NCBI GenBank assembly: GCA_951406725.2
Contig: OX597816.1
Span: forward strand, 115,506,001-115,570,000
From: Octopus vulgaris
Taxonomy: Eukaryota
Length of the DNA: 64,000 bases
Reading direction: 5' to 3'
Under the pieces are notes generated by a model. That model saw only the letters and a list, made by a program, of their open reading frames with translations. It did not search any database and was not told the DNA's origin. A program made the translations under genes and the position numbers. Position 1 is the stretch's first letter, and every line of letters starts with the position of its first letter. Of this stretch, positions 52,755 to 64,000 are shown in pieces.

Positions 52755-53367
52755 GCGCTGATGCAGTGCCAATGCCCTGATGCAGTACCATGCCCTGATA
52801 CAGTACCAATGCCCTGATGCAGTACCAGGCAGTGGCTCTCATGGCTTCTGATCTTAGCTGATTGGAAGTGTTATCATGTACATTGTTTTGTCTTGGTATA
52901 AAAGATGGGTTACAGCAAATATTCTGCTCAATACCACAGATTTGCTTGTCAGTTGTTTGACCTTAACCAGTTGACCATGTCCCTTAGTGGCTGATGATAT
53001 GTGCATCTCTGATTACGAGCAGAAGTAGTGGGGGAACATCATAGCCATGTGTTGAAAGAGATTATTTGGGGTTTGAATAATTCACCTCTGGAAATATGGA
53101 TGGTTCGTTCAACATCCTTAAACAACCACTATTTAGGGACCTTTTAAGCGGGATGGGTTACTCGACAAGAAGAAAATTCTAAGTGGGCCCCACCTGCAAG
53201 GTCATGTGCTGTTTATCTTGATATGAGATAACCATGTCGCGCACATATGGTTGTGGTGCATGTGCCTAGTGTACCCTTATCAGACGGGTAGTCATGATGG
53301 GTATACTGGGCTTCGTATATTTTACTCTAGTGTCACTTTGATGGCATGCTCTGCTCTCTCACTCAGT
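52755..53367. mobile_element. ~610-bp non-coding interspersed element in a (TAA)-type context with a ~20-bp tandemly repeated end
   Basis: atgccctgatgcagtacc repeated about four times at 52755-52826; partial copies at 38673-38725 and 54257-54368. Confidence 0.65.
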
Positions 53368-53544
53368 AATAATAATAATCCTATCTACTAGAGGCACAAG
53401 AACTGAAATTTGAGGGAGGGTGCTAGTCGATAATACCGACTCCCAACGCCCACCTGGAATCATTGGGATTGCAAAAGAATTTCCCGCGTTCTCTCGAAAG
53501 TTTATAAAATTCTTATGATGTCAACAAGAAACCCACAACATAAC

Positions 53545-54112
53545 ACTATAGTCTTTACAATGTCAGATGATAATAGAGTTGCTATCAAAGAAAAATGAAA
53601 GCAATGAGAGGTATCAAGACCTAGCCAGAGTGATGAAAGATGCAGAAGAATAAGACAGCAATTATTTCTGCAGTAATTGGTGCACATCACACAGTACCTG
53701 AACTGCTACTTAAGAGGCTGAAAGATATTGAAATTGAAACTGTAATTTTCAACCTACAATATAAAGTTACCAAATATAAAGACCTGGTAGTTTAAATAAG
53801 TTGAATGTGGCACCTGAAGATGGAAACAGTATCATTTGTGGCTGAAACACTTGGGATCATAATGAAAACAGATAGTGGCTTCCTTGAAAAACTAGCATAT
53901 ACGAAATCTAGAAAATAATTTTAATCAATAAAGGTTACACTCTATTTTGGTTCTTCTTCTTGCAATCTACATTCTAAAAAACGGTTTTTTACTCTCTCTC
54001 CTCTCTTGAGTAGAGAATGAAAAGCCAATAAGACCGGAAGCTGTGTTGAAGGATATCTTAGGTTACTGGTTGTCATTCGCCAAGTATTTGTTATCTAGCA
54101 GGCATCGAAGGA
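53545..54112 (+). mobile_element. Two heavily decayed R4/Dong-type REL-domain fragments
   Basis: DDNRVAIKE...RYQDLAR and KVTKYKDLVV*IS*MWHLKMETV..LGII. Confidence 0.6.
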
Positions 54113-54121
54113 CTACTACTA

Positions 54122-54162
<41 letters not shown>

Positions 54163-54219
54163 GCTACTACTGCTGCTGCTGCTGCTACTACTACCTACTA
54201 CTACTACTACTACTACTAC

Positions 54220-54254
<35 letters not shown>

Positions 54255-54370
54255 TAGTATAAAAGACAGGCTACAAGAAATATTCTGCTCAATACCAGAT
54301 TTGCTTGTCAGTTGTTTGACCTTAACCAGTTCAGCATGTTCCTTAGTGATCACGAGCAGAAGTAGTGGTC

Positions 54371-54957
54371 CAGCTATCCAACCATCGTACTGGGATGGAT
54401 TTAAGTTAATCTTCGCCTTTTATAATCTCTGTTGAAATAAAATTTTTCTTGGGTTTGTAGGGTTCAGTTGAATGGTTAATTAAGTTAATTGATTTATGGA
54501 GAGGCATTGTGCAAAAATTTTATTCATTACATTTGGAGACATATATTCTTCAGAATTTGTTTATACGTATAGAACTTTCTGAACAGGTGTATATATTTAA
54601 GTGTGTCGGCTTCAGGTAAAGGGATTATCCTTTAGTAGTTCACATAAAAGATGTAAGTAGTGGGAGATTTTGAATAGTGGATGTGCCAACAAAAAGTCTC
54701 CCTCTACCTACCTACATCCTTTTAATGAACCACTCATAATCTGAAGCTGACACACCTAAATATACACACCTGTTTTTAAAGTTCTACACGAATGAATAAA
54801 TTCTAATTAATAGCATAACCACAAATTTAATCAATAAACATTTTCTCCACAGCACATTCCATACATCCTATCTACCATTCAACTGAACCCAACGTACCCG
54901 AGAAAAAGTTTTTCTCAACAGAGACTATGTAAAACCGGTCCGATGATCGCTTAGCTA
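54371..54957. mobile_element. ~590-bp imperfect foldback (MITE-like) element
   Basis: Arms pair throughout, e.g. gggttcagttgaatggt/accattcaactgaaccc, tctctgttga/tcaacagaga, aggtgtgtcggcttcag-like/ctgaagctgacacacct; loop ~54672-54690. Confidence 0.8.
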
Positions 54958-55339
54958 GTAGAAACGGCGAAGTCATTTTCAATACTATTCTTGTTAAGAA
55001 TAATATACATTCATACATACATATTTACATACATACGTATGTATGTATGTATGTATGTATGTATGTATGTATGTATGTATGTATGTATGTACAAACTAAA
55101 ATACACACACATGCAAATACATACACATGAATACATATGAGAGACATATGAGTTCCAATAGCTTATATGGAAGAATAAGAAGGCACCCTGCTAATGTTGT
55201 AACTGTTTTCTACTAGAAATGAATTAATCTAATGTAAATGTTTGTAATAAATCCGTAAAACATAAACCGAATGTTAATAGCTGTGTAAACTCAAATCTAA
55301 TTTCATGAATATGCAGGCTTACAGGTATCTCATTACTGT

Positions 55340-55760
55340 ATTTGATCAGTAGTTCACCAAATTGGTTTAATAATAATCTACAGTAAAAGAAGTGTAAGTG
55401 GAAGTTACATTGAGCTAAATGCACAAGTGGAATTGCTCCGGCTTAGCATGAAGAATTAATTGGAGGCTTAAAATCCTTGTTATTAAATAAAGAATCAACA
55501 AATGTAAGATTTAGAAAACTAATGTGTTTGTGTGAGAGATATTTTTTATATAGATATCAAAAAGTGCAAAGTTATTTTTTTTTTAGGAACAATATGAACT
55601 CCAATATTTCTTCTGTAAAAATGTACACTACACACTTAGGCATTATAGCTCTATGGATACATTGCAAGAGTTTACCATTCCTTTGAAAGACTGTAGAGCG
55701 CAACCATTTTAGATCCGTAACATGACAATAAAGTGCAATGTCACTCAAAGAAAGTTGCTC
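55340..55760 (+). mobile_element. hAT transposase relic (first catalytic-Asp region, internal deletion)
   Basis: SLLLNKESTNVRFRKLMCLCERYF resembles hAT SLxxDESTDxSxxKxMxxCVRY. Confidence 0.6.
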
Positions 55761-55774
55761 CAGAGATGTCAGTG

Positions 55775-56070
55775 AAGGCACATGGTTAAGTGGTTTGGGT
55801 ATTCGGCTCATAGTCGTTGGGTTGTGAGTTCGATACCCAGCGGTGCGTTGTGTGAAATAAAGTGCAAAGCACTTTATTTCACGTTATTCCAGTTCATTCA
55901 GATGGTAAAAATAAGTCGTACTTGTAATTCAAAAGGGCCAGCTTTATTATATTCTGTGTTACGCTGAATCTCCCCGAGAACTACGTTAAGACTGCTTAGC
56001 CACATGCAGGCTGTTCCGTTGATCGGATCAACTGGACCCTCGTCGTCATAACCGACGGAGTGCCAGTTAC
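55775..56070 (+). mobile_element. tRNA-derived SINE family D (CORE-like)
   Basis: gaggcacatggttaagtggtttggg...gtgagttcgataccc...gcactttatttcac...ccctcgtcgtcataaccgacggagtgcca. Confidence 0.75.
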
Positions 56071-56074
56071 TTGT

Positions 56075-56390
56075 TACCAATAAATGGCGAAAGTCTTTGT
56101 AAAACAATTTAAATTTTTGTAACATTGAATAATTTAGATATAAATAAATGAATTGGACTTGAAACCGATGAAGTAAACAGTGTTAGTGGGCAACATAATT
56201 CTGTGTTTACAAGATACTAAAACATGAACTCAGATATTTCTTTTGTAAAATGTACATGTCACAGTATGACATGATGCTGTTATAGATACATTACAAGAGT
56301 ATACCTGTGTGCTGAAAGATTGCAGAGCACAACCATTTTAGACCGGTAACAATATAACAATAAAGTATGTCACCCAAAGAAAAATGCTTG
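56075..56390 (+). mobile_element. hAT transposase relic (TDG and CxxH region)
   Basis: IGLETDEVNSVSGQHNSVFTRY*NMNSDISFVKCTCHS. Confidence 0.72.
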
Positions 56391-56674
56391 AGCGGTGATC
56401 TGTTGCAGTCGTTTCTTCATTTCGAACTTAAATCTCTATTTTGGAAGTCACGTATTCATGGAAGCACAAAAGCAATCTTGTTCAATTTTGCAAAATTTCC
56501 CTCGGTGATCATATATGTACGCGCATGCGCGCGCACAAGTCACTTTCACATTCGAGGATTTATGTTTCAAAAGGAGAAACGGCTGCCATTTAACACTGCT
56601 TTAGCATTTTTCTTTGGATGTCATTTTGCTTTCTCGTCATGGTGATACCGTTTATCACTTTTTGAAGAAAGTCC

Positions 56675-57372
56675 AGCCGAATTTCTCGAACGTTTTCTCA
56701 CCCAAGATGAATGTTAGGTTCACCACTTTGAGTCAGAGACCAGACAACAGTCCAGGCAGTGGAAGCACCTGTCTTCTCCTCTACCAACGAAAGACAAGGT
56801 GGTGTAATCGGCAGGGAAGGTGATGGCCTCCGTCTTCTGGGATGCAAAGAGCATTGTGTTCATTGATTACCTTCAGAAAGGCCATACTATCAATGGAGAT
56901 TACTATCCCAACTTGCTGAGGCAGCTGCGAAAGACAATCAAGTCAAAACTTCCTGGAAAACTGACGAAGCGGGTCCTGATTCATCAGGATAATGCTCCTG
57001 AACACAAGTCTGTGGTTGAAATGGCTGTTGTGCACGACTTTGGCTTTGAATTGGTTGATCACCCTCCTTATTCTCTTGATTTGGCACTATTTGACTATTT
57101 TCTGTTCCCCGACATGAAAAATAAACTCATTTGGTTGGGAAGCAGTCTCGGACCGATGATGAGGTCATATCTGCTGTTGAGAACTTTTTGAGGGTCAGGA
57201 TGAGAGCTTCTATACCACAGGAATCCAAGCGCTGCAACACTTATGGAAGAAGTGTATGGACCGCAGGGAAAACTACGTAGAAAAATACAACACATTTGGT
57301 CAATTGTCGAAAAATGAAATACATTCGACCAATGCATCGTGGTCAACCTATGAACTTTTCAGCCTACTCTCG
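56675..57372 (+). mobile_element. Mariner (irritans-like) 3' half with right TIR
   Basis: FLTQDEC*VHHFE...GKVMASVFWDAKSIVFIDYL...HQDNAPEH...HPPYSLDLALFDYFLFP; ends ctatgaacttttcagcctactctcg|TA. Confidence 0.9.
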
Positions 57373-57389
57373 TACATACACGTGGAACG

Positions 57390-58440
57390 AGAATAGCTTG
57401 AACTTAGCTAACTTATTCATTGGTTATGTTGGGTCCCGAATGCTTTGTAAATTCAGTGGGCCCATTCCTAGAGCCATACGGCCGTTACATTGACGACTGT
57501 ACCAGCGTCATCTCTCGCTCATGTGAAGAGATAAAATTTGTATCTCCTTCATTAGCTTTTTTAACCCCCCCCCTTATTTCGCACATCCATCTTCTCCAAT
57601 ACCTCCCTTAACGTCCTCAGCATTATTGTTTCTGTCGACCATGCTAACTTTATTCTCTTCACATCAATTTTCAAGAAACATTTCACCTCTTACTTCTACT
57701 ATAATTTTTACTCCTCCTAACCCCTACGATCTAGGCGCACCATCAGCTATTCTCAGCCCCATCGTTTCTACCCTCTCTTCAGCTGCATCCATGACTTGAG
57801 ATATAGGTTCAACATATAACCAGTTTATTAATTTGACATTGATACCCACCGCCCTTATCGTAACTGCTCTTTCTGTGCCTTCGAATGTAACGCATCCCTT
57901 ACACTCGCCGCCAGAACCCAACCCACTTCAACTTTGAACAGATCACCCTATTTGTACAACGCACTCTCCTCCGCTACTTTCCTTTTCCACCTTTCTTTCA
58001 GAATTCCCACAATCTAGGCAGCTTCATTGATTACACCTCGTATTCCTCTCAAACCTACCCTTTCCTTTCCAACACCACTACTTTCACCGACCCTAACCAC
58101 TACACCATTCTTATTAGGAATTATTTCTGTTGCACGTCCAACTAATTTATATATTCACTTCAATGTAAATCTATTCACTGCAAATCGATTTACATCCGGT
58201 AAACTGGTCACCGATGCACATCGGTTTCGCGGAGCATCACAGGGACACCCAATTTAATATTGAATCACCCGTCTCATGACATTTCCGTTCCCCTGACGAC
58301 TCCACCCAATGCCTCTTAGTCTTCGGCTTGACTTGTGACACCAGATCCCTTATCACTGAAAGGGAGCATAAATTCATCTTCTCTTTTCAAACGTACACCT
58401 CTTTTGGTCTAAATTCTCTTGCTCATTTCTTCTGACGTTC
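57390..58440 (+). mobile_element. Penelope-like element relic (RT and GIY-YIG endonuclease)
   Basis: LANLFIGYV...GRYIDDC (RT) and IYSLQCKSIHCKSIYI..TG...RFAEHHRD (GIY-YIG), with many frameshifts. Confidence 0.72.
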
Positions 58441-59214
58441 AAGTTCTTCCAAAAGGCTCCTGAAGTACACTCCTATTCCTTTTGCCTCCTGTCCTTCTCT
58501 GTCACAGCCCCATTTACGTCACTACTCGCACCTCCTCTCTTCAGCATCTAACATCTTATTTTTTCTCACCCCACTCTTACACAAACACATACATGCATAC
58601 ACTCAGCACATTAGCACAGCTCTCACATATCTCCCCGTCACCCTTCCCACACACTTCCACAACTTATATTTACACACCCGTATACATACTTACATTCATC
58701 TCAATTTTAGCATCATATTTCTTTGACGTACACATACACTTACTCTTGATATACGAAAGCACACACATACTTCTGTTCACTCACCATCCAGGGGCTTTGG
58801 CATACACATTGACACTCTCACACATATACCGTCCACTCTTTTCTTATATACGTATATACACGAACATATACACACACTGCGGTATGTAGATGCACACACT
58901 TCCATATAATCATGTACTCATACACACATCTCCAATACTTCAGGGCCCCTGTTTTGGTTGTCCGTTTTAAATAATGTCTTCTTTCCCCCTTACCTCGTCA
59001 CCTCTGCTTGACCACTACTCACTTATTAGCTCAGTGGTACCCGTGGTCTATATCTATGTGTGCATATGTAACCTATTATCTATGTGTATGCGTTTGTGTG
59101 TGCGTGTGTATGTATGTATGTATGTATGTATGTGTGTGTGTGTGAGTGCGTGCAACTCTATAAGCAAGCTTGGCTACATTTGTGCTTGCATATTTGAATG
59201 CCGTTCGAGCAGTG

Positions 59215-59405
59215 GTGGTTAGGATCTTCTGTCAATAATTAACTCGCTTGCTTCGTGCCTTCGAAGCGATAGTGAATAAAATTTCCCTTACTTGAAAAAC
59301 AAGGGTTAGCTTCAGGAAATGCATCCAGCTGTAAAACAATACCTCAGTACCGTATCTGTCTAACGTATATTTACATGGAAAAATGGACGTAAAATTGACC
59401 GAAAT
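59215..59405 (+). mobile_element. RTE-type 3' tail relic
   Basis: caggaaatgcatccagctgtaaaac...catggaaaaatggacgtaaaa. Confidence 0.5.
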
Positions 59406-60504
59406 GAATACATACATACACTTATTTATATACAGTACTTAGTAGCTTTTCAGCGTTAATATAAGTTATTAGAACCGCCTATAGTTTGTTTTCCTTCCTG
59501 TCACACACTGATGTCTCTCTGTTCCAATGACCACAAATTATCAATATCAATAAGAACTATGATTCACTAATAAAGCTATAGGAGACTGGAATCTGCGTCA
59601 ATGCTTCAGGTTCTCAGTTGGAATTATTTCATTTAGCAAACAACGGGCCTCGAAAATGGCAAGTCCATCATGGATACAAAAATTCTAAGTTTTCATTCAT
59701 ATGGAAGAAATCAATATTTTTCAATATGCAAAATGCAGTCTCCTTTCTAATGTTTTCCTTTTTACTTTTTGTTTTTGCCGAAGAGGGATTTGTTGAAAAC
59801 CTTAAAGAAAAGAAAACGGAAAAGACAAAAAAAGAAAAAAACACTCCAGAAGAGGTAAAGAAAATCCAACAACCTAATCACATTAAAACTTTGAAAAATA
59901 AAGAAAAATAACAAATACACATATAAGCACAAACAACTGCCAAAATATACAACTTTGCGAAAAGCAAAATAATAATAATAATAATAATAATGATAATAAT
60001 AATCATAACAACTATAATAACAACAATAACAATAATAATAATAATAATAATAACAACAACAACAACAATAAAATGAAGGCAACAAAAAAGAACAAATAAT
60101 AATAATGGTGATAACGTTAATAATAAGAAGAATTTCTTTAAAGCAAATAACAGATTAAAAAAACAGTTTCCATTCCATCGCTGTTGTCATTTAGTAAAAG
60201 ATAAGGTGCGCTTCGCCCCATATACCTGCCACCGCCTACATACCCTCATGTCATGGCAAATTTAATAAAAGCAGGATAAAGCTTCAAGACAGCGGGTGTG
60301 TCATGGAACCTGTTATTAATATTTCAAGGGTTACCTCAGATATTTATATTCTAGCTGATTTTAGTTCAATATTTGACACAAACTGCACATCTCCCTATTA
60401 ACGGGGCCAGCGGATGGGGAGAGAGAGGGGAGAAGTTGCGAAATGAAACATTTCCAATGCAATTCTTATTTATGTTTTTCAAATACTGAAGACGTTTGTT
60501 TCTG

Positions 60505-61670
<1,166 letters not shown>

Positions 61671-63046
61671 CTCTGAAATTCCTTAAATTCTTTACCAAAT
61701 TTGTCCAACAGCTATAAATGTATACACATACAGTTAGATAGTGACACACCTATGTTCAACTTTTGCCTCTGTATTGCTGATGTGCACTGGCTATGATAAT
61801 GCACATACGCGTGTTTGTGAGTATGTACATATGCATGTTAAGTCATACGTAAAGTGATTGATTGTCTAAAAAACTTTACTTAGACTTAAACATGAATATC
61901 AAAATATATAAAATGTAAAGGATTCATGTGTATATGCGCGTGTGTGTGTGTGTGTGTGTGTGTGTACGTATGTGTGTAAGTGTGTGTGTGTGTTTGTGCA
62001 TGTGTGTGTGTTTGCATAGGTGCAAAATATTTGACAAAGTTGTGGTAAAAACAAACCATGGTTTTAGATATATATATATATATGCGTGTGTACATGCATG
62101 CATATGTCTTCCATCTATGAATGCATATTAATATTTTAGATGTTATACTTGCATTGTTAAATAGGTATATACATATGTGTGTGTGTGTGTGTGTGTAAGT
62201 GTGTACATACATAGATACACACTCACACGCGCGCACACACATATATATTACAGAATCAAGCATCTTAAGTTGTTAACGCAATACTTTATAAACAACAAAT
62301 TTGTAAATGCATATTGACTTAGTACATTTAGAATTAAAAGTTCCTACACTTCCCCAACAAATTAACCTCACAAGAACTTATATATATTTTTTTTTCTCTT
62401 TAACCCTTCCTTTCGATCGCAGATAGTTCTTCACTCCCTCCCAAATTCTCTTTCAACTATTAGAATAGATTTATTTTGTTCTTAGGGAGAAATGACCTGA
62501 CTTAGATTAATCCGATTGCTCTGCTCTTATAGTTGTATCGTTTGATGCTCTTTAGACCCGCTAGATCAAACTTATGATCGAACTCAATCTCATACAGTTT
62601 TTCAAGTATTGAACATTCACAACAACAATATCCAAATAGTCCCACTATTTTTAGACAACAGCGTGTAATTGATGGATGTTTGGCGGCAACATAAAACATG
62701 TCGGTCGACCACATGAAATTTCACCGTTAGAGGTTTTAATGCTGGTATAGTTCATATTGCTAATTATAGCCCTAATCAGTGAACTCTTCTTTGTTGGACA
62801 TATTGAAGCTGAAGTAACCAATGTAAGCATTCAATTTTATGTAGGAAATAAAACCTGAATGAGTTAAACTATAATGAAGATTGTTTCAATCATCCACATA
62901 CCTACCGTTTTAAGTTTGTTTTCAGACATAACTAATTGAGTACTGTTGTGTTCAAGGTATTGATTCGTCTTTAAACCGATTAGGTATGATTTGGCTGAGG
63001 CCTGTTTGTCAGTTGCCTGAATTAACACCATTATTTGGCCCTTGAA

Positions 63047-63262
63047 AGGCGGCGAATTGGTAGAATCGTTAGCTTACTGGACGAAATGGTTAGCGGTATT
63101 TCGCCCGTCGTTACCTTCTGAATTCAAATTCCGCCAAGGTCGACTTGCCTTTCTTCCTTTCGGGATCGATTAATTAAGTACCAGTAAAACACTGGGGTCG
63201 ATGTAATCGACTAGTCCCCTCCCCAACAATTTCAGACTTTGTGCCTATGGTAGAAAGGATTA
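63047..63262 (+). mobile_element. SINE family B, near-complete CpG-retaining copy
   Basis: ggcggcgaattggtagaatcgttagc...ttccgccaaggtcgac...ctggggtcgatgtaatcgactagtcc...gtgcctatggtagaaaggattatt. Confidence 0.88.
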
Positions 63263-64000
63263 TTTCTACCATAGAAATTGCTAACACCATTAAAGAAGCC
63301 CACTTGTATTAGACGACTCCTTTAGAATCCCCAGTGCTGCAAGTATTCAAACCTGGTTTCAGCTTGAGAGTAAATTCATCCCTTTCTTCACTTCCAACCA
63401 AGCTGAGTTACTCTGCAAAAAGTAATGAGAACTGCCCTTCATCTGATGAAGCCATGTAAAACACAAGGTCAAATGACAGTGCAGAGTGAAAATTTGCTTA
63501 GCACTAAATTTGTAACATATCAATGCAGTAATTTAATACCAGTTGGATATATAAGAATTTGTAAAATTTGCGTTCCGAAAGATTTTGTGCATAGATACAC
63601 TCTTTGCCACAGGCGTTTCGGCAATAGCAATTCGCCTCTGTTATAATAGAGCTTTTCTATATTTGGTGTAAAATCTCATTCATTGGTCCGACTATCTATA
63701 ATATCTTGAGATGTAAGAAGCAATGTTAATGCTAAATTTTGGTATTCGTAAATATAACGCACATGTCGAACTCTCAACGACTGCAGTCTTTGGAGGCCAA
63801 AACAGCATGTATTATAATTTAGAATTCTGCGGGAGGTCGCATTTTGTCTAAGAAGCTGTGGTTACATCTGCATGCGTCTATGTTTGTATGTACAAAATGT
63901 GAGTTTTACGCACACAGAAGTGCTGTATGCATGTGCATAACAAATACGTAGATGGCGATATGATGATATAAATATATATACGAATTACATATTACATTAA

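Noticed and set aside
63605-63645. GGC...GCC-GAAAC stem on the minus strand
   Set aside because: No CUGANGA upstream and no NUH triplet in position.

Overview
Very AT-rich eukaryotic DNA saturated with microsatellites and transposable elements. The SINE and LINE families resemble those I recall from octopus (coleoid cephalopod) genomes; that assignment is an inference. I found no intact host protein-coding gene, and most ORFs in the track are translations of (TA)n, (CA)n or (TAA)n repeats. Supported content: about nine R4/Dong-type (REL-endonuclease) LINE fragments, most bounded by (TAA)n; one full-length TA-flanked mariner (27611-28900) and three partial mariners; hAT, Penelope-like, RTE and CR1/Jockey-type relics; four tRNA-derived SINE families; and a decayed 5S rRNA copy. 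The most interesting signal is a TSD-flanked short element at 47551-48036 that joins a tRNA-like Pol III head, an internal (TAA)n and a minimal type-I hammerhead-like motif, with inverted ends. A second copy (8106-9920) has been split at its (TAA)n by a Dong/R4 LINE. Several other short foldback elements carry decayed hammerhead-like cores. SINE copies look CpG-decayed on the left of the window and CpG-retaining on the right. All coordinates, alignments and folds were read by eye and need computational confirmation.
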